Source of the DNA: an uncultured Alphaproteobacteria bacterium | Lineage (GTDB): Bacteria; Pseudomonadota; Alphaproteobacteria; CAAHEQ01; UBA3637 | DNA: 64,000 bases | Assembly: GCA_944392555.1 (NCBI GenBank) | Contig: CALXWZ010000006.1 | Location: 5,543-69,542, forward strand | Direction of reading: 5' to 3' | Part shown: positions 20,783 to 29,251 of the stretch, piece after piece | Position numbering within the stretch: the stretch's first letter is position 1 | Layout of the letters: every line of letters begins with the position of its first letter | Position numbers and translations under genes: made by a program | Notes under the pieces: generated by a model | Database searches by the model: none | Told to the model about the DNA's origin: nothing | Seen by the model: only the letters and a program-made list of their open reading frames with translations

Positions 20783-21256
20783 ATGTCAAATGCAACACAA
20801 AAATTTACGAATGCACGTTTAATGGCCGTTCAAGCCGTTTATGCCAAAGAATTATCGGGAGAAAGTTGGGAGAAAGTCGTTTCGCGTTTTTTAATGGGCG
20901 AAACGGGCGGAGAAGTGATTCAAGAAGGGATTGCAGGTCGCGAAGAATTTATTAAATTAGAACCGGCCGACGCTAAATTGTTCACAAGTTTGGTATCTGC
21001 CGTTCAAGAAAATGATGAGATTTTAACGCAAACCATTCAAGATAACATTTCCAAAAAAGTTGATTTCAGTCGATTGGAAATTTTAATCAAGTGCATTTTA
21101 AAAGTCGGTATGGCCGAGTTCGGGGTTAACTCCACATTAGATGCACCGATTATCATTAACGAATATACGGATATGACACGGGCATTTTTTAACGGTCCCG
21201 AAGTTAAAATCGTGAACGCCATGTTGGATAAATACGCCAAGGTTATGCGCGAATAA
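20783..21256 (+). CDS. nusB: Transcription antitermination factor NusB
   Basis: NusB-like helical protein (ARLMAVQAVYA...). Sits immediately after nrdR, as in many proteobacteria. Confidence 0.8.
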   Translation: MSNATQKFTNARLMAVQAVYAKELSGESWEKVVSRFLMGETGGEVIQEGIAGREEFIKLEPADAKLFTSLVSAVQENDEILTQTIQDNISKKVDFSRLEILIKCILKVGMAEFGVNSTLDAPIIINEYTDMTRAFFNGPEVKIVNAMLDKYAKVMRE

Positions 21257-21502
21257 CCGGTTCACTCAAAATCGCCGAATAATCAAAAAAATGGATGGCA
21301 TTTAAAAGTATGAGGGAGCGTCTGAAAAACGGCATACAATCAGCGCGGTGCGTGTTCCGAATGTGAAATGCGCAAAGTGTTTGTTGATGAAAAAACGAAC
21401 TCTGTAAAAGCGAATAAAGCAAAGAACGGGCGTTATAATGCTCTAAATGCAACGCGAATTTGATTAAAAAAGGATATTTTTTTCAAAAAGCAAAAAAAAT
21501 AC

Positions 21503-21531
21503 TTGATTTTTGTGTAAAGATTGTGTATAAG
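21503..21531 (+). promoter_or_regulatory. Putative rpmE promoter TTGATT-17 nt-TATAAG
   Basis: -35 at 21503-21508 and -10 at 21526-21531, about 30 nt upstream of the SD/ATG. Confidence 0.55.
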
Positions 21532-21562
21532 GGAGTCCTTAACAAGTTCTATGGAGATAAAA

Positions 21563-21781
21563 ATGAAAAAAAACATTCATCCGGACTACCACGAAATTAC
21601 GGTTGTGATGACAGACGGCACGGAATTCAAAACACGCTCTACGCTCGGTAAAGAAGGAGCCGTAGTTCGTTTGGATATTGATCCGTTATCTCATCCGGCT
21701 TGGACGGGCGTTTACCGTTTGATTGACAGCGGTGGTCAATTAGCAAAATTCAACAAGAAATTCGCCGGATTCAAAAAATAA
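21563..21781 (+). CDS. rpmE: 50S ribosomal protein L31
   Basis: [19 protein letters not shown]...HPAWTG. SD GGAG upstream of ATG 21563. The longer track ORF start is rejected. Confidence 0.95.
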   Translation: MKKNIHPDYHEITVVMTDGTEFKTRSTLGKEGAVVRLDIDPLSHPAWTGVYRLIDSGGQLAKFNKKFAGFKK

Positions 21782-21811
21782 AAATCCCGATTTTTTTTAG
21801 AATGATTAAAA

Positions 21812-21838
21812 AGCCGCTTTTTGAGCGGTTTTTTTATT
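21812..21838 (+). terminator. Intrinsic terminator after rpmE
   Basis: GCCGCT-ttttg-AGCGGT hairpin followed by T7. Confidence 0.7.
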
Positions 21839-22064
21839 ATTCCCATTCTTTTCGTGTTGTTGCTGATGATATAAAATAGCAAACTGATATAAAATACAAA
21901 ACGGCGCAAAGCAAAAGATATTATTCAGGAGCAACCAAAGCGCTTCAATCTTTCACATCATACAAATTATTCTACAATACATAAATAAAAAAAACTTCCC
22001 GTCAAGCAATCCCCGAAACGAGATAAAAAAGTCAAAAAAATAAGATAATTCTATATAATTATAC

Positions 22065-22093
22065 TTGATTTTGCGTTGCAAATGAAGTATTTT
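22065..22093 (+). promoter_or_regulatory. Putative aspS promoter TTGATT-17 nt-TATTTT
   Basis: -35 at 22065-22070 and a weak -10 at 22088-22093. Confidence 0.4.
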
Positions 22094-22125
22094 AATCTGC
22101 GTTATATTTTTATAAGGAGTTTTTT

Positions 22126-23892
22126 ATGCATCAATATCGCACACATACATGTGGCGCCTTACGCGCGGAAGATAAAGGAAAAACAGTTCGTTTAGCCGGT
22201 TGGGTTCATCGCAAACGCGATCACGGCAATTTGTTGTTCGTTGACTTACGAGATAATTACGGTATCACACAGTGCGTATTGAATACATCCAGCCCGCATT
22301 TTACAACGCTGGAAAAAATTCGTCCGGAATCGGTTGTGCGGATTGACGGCACGGTGCTTTTAAGAACGCCCGAAACAGTCAACCCAAAAATGCCGACGGG
22401 TGAAATTGAAATTGAAGTCAAAGATGTTGAAATTTTATCGCAAGCCGATGTTTTGCCGATGCAAGTTGTTGCCGAAACAAAGGACTTATCGGAAGAGCAA
22501 CGCTTAACCTATCGTTTCTTGGACTTACGGCGCGAAAAACCGCATGCCAATATTTTACTGCGCAACAGTTTTATTTATTCTTTGCGTAAACGGATGTGGG
22601 CTGCCGGATTCAGCGAATTTCAAACACCGATTTTAACGGCTTCATCACCGGAGGGCGCACGGGACTTCTTGGTTCCTTCGCGTTTACACCAAGGAAAATT
22701 TTACGCGTTACCGCAAGCCCCGCAACAATTCAAGCAACTGTTAATGGTATCGGGCTTTGATAGATACTTCCAAATTGCGCCATGCTTCCGCGATGAAGAT
22801 GCCCGCGCCGACCGCTCACCGGGAGAATTTTATCAATTAGATATTGAAATGTCTTTTGTGACGCAAGAAGAGATTTTTGCAACGGTAGAACCGATTATTC
22901 ACGATGTATTTGTTGAGTTTGCCCCAAATGCGACTGTTTCACCTGCTCCGTTTGTTCAAATTCCCTATAAAACCGCTATGGTAAAATACGGAACGGATAA
23001 ACCGGATTTACGTAACCCGTTAATTATTGAAGACGTTTCCGAAATTTTTGCCGGTTCATCTTTCGGATTATTCGCCAATCAAGTAGCAGGCGGTGGATTT
23101 GTGCGCGCCATCAAAACGCCGGATACGGCATCCAAACCGCGCAGTTGGTTTGATAAGATGAACGGATTTGCCGTTGAATCAGGCTTTGGCGGATTAGGCT
23201 ATATTACATTAGCGAGCGAAGGAAATAAAGGTCCGATTGCGAAAAACTTGGATGCTGACCGCATTGCACGGTTGATTGAAAAAACGGGAGCCAAAACGGG
23301 CGACAGTATTTTCTTTGTATGCGGTAAAGGAGAAAAGACGGCAAAATTTGCAGGACAAGTTCGCACATTACTCGGTGAAGAATTGAACTTGATTGATAAA
23401 TCACGTTTTGAATTCTGCTGGATTACCGACTTCCCGTTCTATGAAGAAAATGAAGATACGGGCGCCATTGAATTTTCGCACAACCCATTCTCAATGCCAC
23501 AAGGCGAAATGGAAGCGTTGACAACGAAAAATCCGTTAGAAATCTATGCCTATCAATTTGATATGGTTTGCAACGGATACGAAATTTTGTCGGGCGCTAT
23601 CCGTAACCACCGTCCGGATGTTATGTATAAAGCGTTTGAAATTGCGGGATACGGTCCGGAAGTTGTGGAGCAAAAATTTGCAGGACTTTTGAGCGCCTTT
23701 AAGTTTGGTGCACCCCCGCACGGTGGTTGTGCATTCGGTATTGACCGATTGGTGATGTTATTAACCGATGAAAGTTATATTCGCGAAGTGATTGCATTCC
23801 CGATGACACAGCAAGGATTAGACTTATTGATGAAAGCACCGACGGAAGTAACCGAACAGCAATTACGCGAATTGCACATCAAATTGAGATAA
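22126..23892 (+). CDS. aspS: Aspartate--tRNA ligase
   Basis: Class II aaRS motifs ([31 protein letters not shown]) and an N-terminal OB anticodon-binding domain. 588 aa. Confidence 0.95.
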   Translation: MHQYRTHTCGALRAEDKGKTVRLAGWVHRKRDHGNLLFVDLRDNYGITQCVLNTSSPHFTTLEKIRPESVVRIDGTVLLRTPETVNPKMPTGEIEIEVKDVEILSQADVLPMQVVAETKDLSEEQRLTYRFLDLRREKPHANILLRNSFIYSLRKRMWAAGFSEFQTPILTASSPEGARDFLVPSRLHQGKFYALPQAPQQFKQLLMVSGFDRYFQIAPCFRDEDARADRSPGEFYQLDIEMSFVTQEEIFATVEPIIHDVFVEFAPNATVSPAPFVQIPYKTAMVKYGTDKPDLRNPLIIEDVSEIFAGSSFGLFANQVAGGGFVRAIKTPDTASKPRSWFDKMNGFAVESGFGGLGYITLASEGNKGPIAKNLDADRIARLIEKTGAKTGDSIFFVCGKGEKTAKFAGQVRTLLGEELNLIDKSRFEFCWITDFPFYEENEDTGAIEFSHNPFSMPQGEMEALTTKNPLEIYAYQFDMVCNGYEILSGAIRNHRPDVMYKAFEIAGYGPEVVEQKFAGLLSAFKFGAPPHGGCAFGIDRLVMLLTDESYIREVIAFPMTQQGLDLLMKAPTEVTEQQLRELHIKLR

Positions 23893-23928
23893 ATATCATT
23901 TTTTGATTTATTTCGGTATTAAGATAGA

Positions 23929-23960
23929 AAGGGGTCAATTTTCAGTTGATCCCTTTTTAT
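23929..23960 (+). terminator. Intrinsic terminator after aspS
   Basis: GGGGTCAA-ttttcag-TTGATCCC hairpin (one mismatch) followed by T5. Confidence 0.65.
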
Positions 23961-24061
23961 ACATGAATATATTAAAATAAAAATAAGAATTTTATTTTAC
24001 TTTTATATTATTTTCATATATTATCTTATGAGTTATCAATAATGCAACGGAGAAAGAAAAA

Positions 24062-24535
24062 ATGAAAAATATACTTATCGGGATTTTAGGACTGGCACTT
24101 TGCGGTTTGGGAGTCATTTATTATCTTGAACATGAAAACGTATCACCTTGCGGATACGACAAAGAAGACGTCATTCAAACATTTCAAGACTGGTTAGCAA
24201 ATGGCATTAAAAACACCAACAAAACAGAACAAGAAAATCCAATAACGGTTCTTGGCATAAATGGCATACTTGAATACAACACTTCTCCTGAAGTTTTGGG
24301 ACAGAAAGTATACGAAGATATAAAAAACAGTCGTATTTGTAAGGCAACACTCATTGTTGACTTTACGCCTCTTGGAAAAAGCAGAAGTATTGAAGAAATA
24401 AATGTTCGGTTTCAAAAAATGCTTACGTCTCCCAACGAAAATGGAGATAAAGCACTATATTATTCTATGGCGGGGATTGATGTTGAGCAAATGCTCCAAG
24501 AAGCCATTCCGCTATACAAAAAATATAACGACTAA
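24062..24535 (+). CDS. Hypothetical exported or membrane-anchored protein
   Basis: 157 aa with GGAG 9 nt upstream. N-terminal hydrophobic segment ILIGILGLALCGLGVIYY. No recognisable domain. Confidence 0.55.
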   Translation: MKNILIGILGLALCGLGVIYYLEHENVSPCGYDKEDVIQTFQDWLANGIKNTNKTEQENPITVLGINGILEYNTSPEVLGQKVYEDIKNSRICKATLIVDFTPLGKSRSIEEINVRFQKMLTSPNENGDKALYYSMAGIDVEQMLQEAIPLYKKYND

Positions 24536-24605
24536 AAAAATATTTTTATCAATTGGTTAAAATCCAGCGTTATATCGCGAATTTAAAATTTTTTGATAGC
24601 CATAC

Positions 24606-24645
24606 AAAAACGGATTTGAGCGTATTAAGCACAAACCCGTTTTTA
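24606..24645. terminator. Shared terminator between convergent genes 24062..24535 and 24685..26799
   Basis: ACGGATTTG...CAAACCCGT hairpin (one mismatch) flanked by A5 and T5. Confidence 0.5.
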
Positions 24646-24684
24646 TATTGAATTGTTATATTGAGCACAGTTATATACCGTAGA

Positions 24685-26799
24685 TTATTCTTTCAAAACG
24701 CAATAATTACCGTCCAATGTGCGTTCTTCATAACACTCCATACAGGCATCGGTTATATTCTGAACATTCACACGTTCTTCGGTATCGCACGGATAGCATT
24801 TATTATCTCTGCCTCTTAACGGGGCATCCGCCGGGCATTTCGGAACGCAGTAGTTATTGTATTTATTACGAGTATCGGGGCAACGTTCACAGCCGTCGTG
24901 AGTAAGACTGGAAACATCTATATTCTGTTCTTCATCACAAGAATAACAATCTCCATAATAACCTGTAAATGTTCCCTCTGGACAAGGTATAGAGCAGTAT
25001 AAATTAGCCCTTCCGCTTGCTACTCGATTGGAACAAATTGTGGCACATGATTCTGTTCCGGAAATATAAATAGGATTAGGATCTAAACAGCTGTAACACA
25101 TACCATCATCACCACGAATCTGATTAGTCGGACAGTCTAAAATACAATAACGATCTATTTGCCGTCGGTTTTGACACTGATCACAACCCATATGTGTCAC
25201 ACCATATACATTGATATTTGCTTCTATTTTACAAGAGACACACTCACCCAGATTTGTGGTAAATGATCCTGTTGAACAAGGAATCGAACAGTAACGATTG
25301 TGCTCTCCGTTTGCAATCCTATTCGAACATAGTAAAGAACACATATTCAAAGCATTATCCATAGGTATCGGATAGGGGTATTCACAATCATAACACTTTC
25401 CGTCATCTCCGCGAATTTGATTTACAGGGCAATCTAATATACAATAGGAACCTATTTGTTGACGATTTTTGCAACTTTCACAACCTCCCTGTTTCACCCT
25501 ATAAACATTTATATTTTCTGGGGTATTACACGAAAAGCACTGTCCGTCTGTGTTGGTAAAATATCCCAACTCACACGGAAGTGAGCAGTACTGATTTAAT
25601 GCACCATTTGCCACTCGATTTGGACACGTTTGTGTGCACCTATTCACTGCATCGCTCATTGCTATCGGATCAGTATACTTACAATCGTAACATTTCCCAT
25701 CATCTCCACGAATTTCTCCCTTGCATTTTAAGACGCATTTATTATTCCATATTTCTCTGTTTGGGCAAGCGTTGCAGTTTTCATTCACGCCCGTAACGTC
25801 AACCCCGTTTGCTTCCTCGCAAGTATAGCAATTCCCGTTTTTATCAATCAACGGTTTAAACCACGGGCAACATTGGTCGCCTGCCACATTACAACAATAG
25901 CCGTTCATTGTGGACGGACAACAATACGGCCCCGCCCACCTATCACTCGTGCAACAGACTTGACTCCCCGTTAAAATATCTTGCCTGCACCGTTCATTAC
26001 TCCCGCAGATTGAGACACATACACCCTCTGCCGAACATCTTGCACATTTGCTCGCACAATCGTCATCATTATGGCATTCTTGATATGGCAACATATCGTC
26101 TTCCAAGTGCGCCCCGTATTGGAAGATCATCACGGCTGTTGTTGTCGGTTCCCCTGCCTCTGTTAACCCGTCGCAGATACTTGTATTCCCATCGTATGCC
26201 AAATCGCCCACTTTCATAATAATCGGCAACGTCCATTCTGTCCGCAATATCATCTTGCATTCAGCTACCGGCACATTCTGCACTTCTATTTCAAAGTATT
26301 TCGGATCCTCTAACCAATACGCCGTTATCGGATACCCGAGACTTGTATATTCCCCCATTTCCATGACGATTTCGGGATTCTCGGGGTCGGTTGTATTATT
26401 ATCCGCAATCGGGGCGATTGCATACGCCCGCAAATTAATTTCATGCACCGTTTCATTTGCCCGATACATCGTCATCGCATACCGATAACCCATCATTCCC
26501 GCAACCGATAGCACACCGATCACCGCTAACACGCCCAGCATTTCTACCATACTCCGCCCGTATTCGGCCAAGCGCGCACCTCTTAATCTACGCACACCCT
26601 TTAATCCGCTCAATTCATCCAATCCATGTTGCGTTTGTGAATCTGCTAAACATTCCGCTTTTTGATTACTTTTCAAGCACGTCAGACTTATTTGATGCGC
26701 TGATTTTTTCTCTTGTTTTGCGCGATTCGCCTCAAATACACTGTTTTTTACTTTTTTTGCATAAAAAGAAGCCACGTTAACTATTTGTTTTATATTCAT
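24685..26799 (-). CDS. Prepilin-like N-terminus + pilin-sized module + cysteine-rich CXXC tandem-repeat domain (candidate modular pilin or surface adhesin)
   Basis: G/RSMVEMLGVLAVIGVLSVAG (Gly-1, Glu+5, hydrophobic helix) follows a leader of about 80 aa. The C-terminal ~470 aa hold about 60 Cys (hand count) in 99-aa repeats with CXXC pairs. Start set at ATG 26799 (GGGAGA 6 nt upstream); the track start is 26814. Confidence 0.8.
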   Translation of the reverse strand: MNIKQIVNVASFYAKKVKNSVFEANRAKQEKKSAHQISLTCLKSNQKAECLADSQTQHGLDELSGLKGVRRLRGARLAEYGRSMVEMLGVLAVIGVLSVAGMMGYRYAMTMYRANETVHEINLRAYAIAPIADNNTTDPENPEIVMEMGEYTSLGYPITAYWLEDPKYFEIEVQNVPVAECKMILRTEWTLPIIMKVGDLAYDGNTSICDGLTEAGEPTTTAVMIFQYGAHLEDDMLPYQECHNDDDCASKCARCSAEGVCVSICGSNERCRQDILTGSQVCCTSDRWAGPYCCPSTMNGYCCNVAGDQCCPWFKPLIDKNGNCYTCEEANGVDVTGVNENCNACPNREIWNNKCVLKCKGEIRGDDGKCYDCKYTDPIAMSDAVNRCTQTCPNRVANGALNQYCSLPCELGYFTNTDGQCFSCNTPENINVYRVKQGGCESCKNRQQIGSYCILDCPVNQIRGDDGKCYDCEYPYPIPMDNALNMCSLLCSNRIANGEHNRYCSIPCSTGSFTTNLGECVSCKIEANINVYGVTHMGCDQCQNRRQIDRYCILDCPTNQIRGDDGMCYSCLDPNPIYISGTESCATICSNRVASGRANLYCSIPCPEGTFTGYYGDCYSCDEEQNIDVSSLTHDGCERCPDTRNKYNNYCVPKCPADAPLRGRDNKCYPCDTEERVNVQNITDACMECYEERTLDGNYCVLKE
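24700..25790 (-). repeat. About 3.7 diverged tandem coding repeats of 297 bp (99 aa) inside the cysteine-rich gene
   Basis: Landmark CGAAT of the RGDDG codons recurs at 25115, 25412 and 25709 (exact 297-bp spacing). Protein units YCILDCPVNQIRGDDGKCYDC / YCILDCPTNQIRGDDGMCYSC and so on. Confidence 0.85.
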
Positions 26800-26813
26800 T
26801 TTCTTTCTCCCCA

Positions 26814-26831
26814 TTCTTCATAAACGTCCGT
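26814..26831. repeat. Left arm of a perfect 18-bp inverted repeat (TTCTTCATAAACGTCCGT)
   Basis: Exact reverse complement of 26977-26994. Lies in the 5' leader/start region of the cysteine-rich gene. Confidence 0.95.
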
Positions 26832-26925
26832 TTATGTAGAGGGAATAAAGCACGAAATCGTCCCATAAAAAGAAATCTCAAAAAATTATTATTTTACAAT
26901 AAGATAATCATATTTAAATTTTTAC

Positions 26926-26953
26926 TTGATTATTTTAAAAATACCCTTATAAT
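26926..26953 (+). promoter_or_regulatory. Near-consensus sigma70-type promoter TTGATT-16 nt-TATAAT inside the inverted-repeat-bounded segment
   Basis: -35 at 26926-26931 and -10 at 26948-26953. The same TTGATT -35 is seen upstream of rpmE, aspS and the 27927 gene. It points away from the cysteine-rich gene. Confidence 0.55.
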
Positions 26954-26976
26954 CCTCTTTATACTATATCATCTAG

Positions 26977-26994
26977 ACGGACGTTTATGAAGAA
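26977..26994. repeat. Right arm of the 18-bp inverted repeat (ACGGACGTTTATGAAGAA)
   Basis: Exact reverse complement of 26814-26831, with a 145-bp spacer between the arms. Confidence 0.95.
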
Positions 26995-27086
26995 AATTTA
27001 AAAGAAATCGTTAATATTTTGTTTTCATCCATAAAAATTTTATCTCTCGAAAAAATAAAAATTTACCTTGCAAAACAATCTCAAAC

Positions 27087-27116
27087 AAAAAAGGGGCTTT
27101 AAAAGCCCCTTTTTTG
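27087..27116. terminator. Bidirectional intrinsic terminator
   Basis: GGGGCT-ttaaa-AGCCCC hairpin flanked by an A-run and a T-run. Lies downstream of minus-strand gene 27141..27776 and downstream of the plus-strand orphan promoter. Confidence 0.7.
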
Positions 27117-27140
27117 TTTATTCATAATCTCAAATCCCTT

Positions 27141-27776
27141 TTACGCTGTTCTGTTTTGCTGTTGTGCCGCCGCAACCATTGTAAGCGAATCCGGTTGTTG
27201 CACGCCCGCATGTTCGCTGGCATGTTGAGCTAATGTCATTTTTGCATTCGGTGTCTGCGGTGCTGCTTGTTGTTGGGATTCCGCCGCACGCGCCTCCACA
27301 ATATCATCAGCCTCCTGACTACCTGTTGTCGATTGAATAACACGATCCAGCAAACCGGAACTATTAGCAACTTTTAACAAGAAACCGGCCCAACCACCAC
27401 ATGTGGATGACATAATTCCCGTACCGAATTTCGTTAAAGCAGCAGTTTGCTTTGCAGGCCCGTAAGAACCCCATGCGGCAAAGGCTTGCATCTTTAAATT
27501 CCCGATAAGATCACCATCTTTTAACTTTGATTCATCTTTGCGATACTCTTCGGCACCGATGATATCTCTCTGGTCCACACTCGCATACTTTGTTCTTTTA
27601 TCAAAATTCTCTTTCTTCTCCTGCCCCTCTTTTTGGATATCTTCAATATCTTGGCGCGTAACTTTTTGACCCGTTTGTTTACTTAAATCACCTAACATTT
27701 GCTCCATTCGAACATCATCTAATTGAATGGCTGTGTTTTCATTCATACTTTTCATCAACGTGCTGTTTTGAACCAT
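27141..27776 (-). CDS. Hypothetical protein (charged N-terminus, Q/A-rich C-terminus)
   Basis: 211-aa ORF followed by a terminator. No recognisable motif. Confidence 0.6.
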   Translation of the reverse strand: MVQNSTLMKSMNENTAIQLDDVRMEQMLGDLSKQTGQKVTRQDIEDIQKEGQEKKENFDKRTKYASVDQRDIIGAEEYRKDESKLKDGDLIGNLKMQAFAAWGSYGPAKQTAALTKFGTGIMSSTCGGWAGFLLKVANSSGLLDRVIQSTTGSQEADDIVEARAAESQQQAAPQTPNAKMTLAQHASEHAGVQQPDSLTMVAAAQQQNRTA

Positions 27777-27863
27777 TTATTATCCTCCGTTGTTCTAAAA
27801 AACTCTCAAAACCTATAAAGCAATTATACCATACCCAGCAATTGTTTTCAACTAAAAAATAAA

Positions 27864-27892
27864 TTGATTTTTTATTTTTTTTATGGTAGCAT
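27864..27892 (+). promoter_or_regulatory. Putative promoter TTGATT-17 nt-(TGg)TAGCAT for gene 27927
   Basis: -35 at 27864-27869, extended -10 TGG at 27884-27886 and -10 at 27887-27892. Confidence 0.4.
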
Positions 27893-27926
27893 ATATGCAT
27901 CATAGCCTGCACGAAAGGGGTTTATC

Positions 27927-29195
27927 GTGAGTATCGAGCGTATTTGTCAAAGATTTCAAGAGGTTTATAATTTAAAAGATAGTAAAGGAACTGCTATCGG
28001 GCATGATTTTTTCAAATTCAGCAGTGATCCCGATATCCGCGCCGAAGAAATGGCTGACTTTAAAGGCTTTCAGGTTTGGAAAAATCCCGGCGAAATTATG
28101 GGTTGGACGAAACACTTGAACTGGATAGGATCCTCTGCTCCTGCTGCCAGCCGTTTAGCCCGTAAAGTAGCAATAGATACAACAAACCTCACGCCTGAGT
28201 CTTGGAAATTGTTACTTGATAAATGCGCAACTTTATATCAAACGGAAAGCGAAGAAGACCATTTTGTTGCCGATTTGATTCTATTTCGCATTGCACTAAA
28301 TCGAGACAAAGGCGAGGCTAATACCTATTGGCAAAATTCTTCACCGCTCTATTCCATCACATTATTGAGTTATCTCTCTGAATTTGGTCATATCTACCCC
28401 GATCCAAAGGGGCAAGAATATTTAAAATTTCTGCAAGAGGAATTGTCTTCCGGCAAGTTAGCGATTACAAAGCAATCCGAGCAAAAACAAGAAACAACAA
28501 ATCAAAAACAACGGCAAATATCAGCCATTAAAACCGAAAATGCCTCAAATGAAGAAATTTTGGCAAATAATAAAGAAATTTTAGCTAAACTCAACACGCT
28601 TCAAAAAGAAAATCAATCCACTTCCGCCGATAATACTCCAAACGGAGTTAATCCAGCAAACCAAGCGCTTGATGAACAATCTCTTTCCGTATTAAAGCAA
28701 AACTTAAAGCAGGCGCAATCAACACTGATTACAAAAGATGACGTTAAAAAGATTCCGGGAATTCAACAAGCCGTTCAATCTCTGACTAATACAACCGCAT
28801 CGCAAGCAACCATCAATGAAGATCCGAAAGACACGCAAAAGAGCATTCAGCAGGTAGCTGTTGCACAACAACAAGTTGAAGAACAAGAAGGGTTTTGGTC
28901 TAAATGGGGATGGGTTATCGGTATTGTTGCAACGGCGGGTCTCGGCTTTTTGGCTTGGTACTTTGTTAAAAAATATAAGGATAAAGCTGATGAAAGCGCG
29001 GCTCAATCCAGCGCATTGAAAGATGAAATAACTTCTTTACAAGACGAAATCAACGATTTATCCAATTCTGACGGTTCATCAACAAATACCAACACGGGAA
29101 ACGACGATACGCTTGGGAATAATGCCGTTATTGTGAATACCGATACCATCAATCAAATCAACGAAATTATTTCAAACAGCAATCAAAGAACTTAA
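27927..29195 (+). CDS. Hypothetical membrane protein with Q/N/T-rich coiled-coil region and a single TM near the C-terminus
   Basis: GTG start with AAAGGGG 6 nt upstream. TM segment WGWVIGIVATAGLGFLAWYFV. Low-complexity region QKQETTNQKQRQ... and a heptad-like tail (ALKDEITSLQDEINDL). Confidence 0.6.
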   Translation: MSIERICQRFQEVYNLKDSKGTAIGHDFFKFSSDPDIRAEEMADFKGFQVWKNPGEIMGWTKHLNWIGSSAPAASRLARKVAIDTTNLTPESWKLLLDKCATLYQTESEEDHFVADLILFRIALNRDKGEANTYWQNSSPLYSITLLSYLSEFGHIYPDPKGQEYLKFLQEELSSGKLAITKQSEQKQETTNQKQRQISAIKTENASNEEILANNKEILAKLNTLQKENQSTSADNTPNGVNPANQALDEQSLSVLKQNLKQAQSTLITKDDVKKIPGIQQAVQSLTNTTASQATINEDPKDTQKSIQQVAVAQQQVEEQEGFWSKWGWVIGIVATAGLGFLAWYFVKKYKDKADESAAQSSALKDEITSLQDEINDLSNSDGSSTNTNTGNDDTLGNNAVIVNTDTINQINEIISNSNQRT

Positions 29196-29251
29196 CTATA
29201 CGTTATTTCACAAAAGCATGCCATTTTATCATTCAGTTATCGGAGTTCATC

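Noticed and set aside
24700-25790. Regularly spaced repeats, considered as a possible CRISPR array or intergenic repeat cluster.
   Set aside because: The period is 297 bp and the repeats lie in frame within one long ORF. The units are diverged over their whole length, with no short conserved repeat and unique-spacer structure.
26963-26991. Weak minus-strand promoter candidate TTCATA-17 nt-TATAGT straddling the right inverted-repeat arm. It could drive the cysteine-rich gene in the present orientation through a leader of about 150 nt.
   Set aside because: I did not call it as a feature because its -35 is poor compared with the plus-strand TTGATT-16-TATAAT. It is recorded because, if active, it would make the switch a weak/strong toggle rather than OFF/ON.
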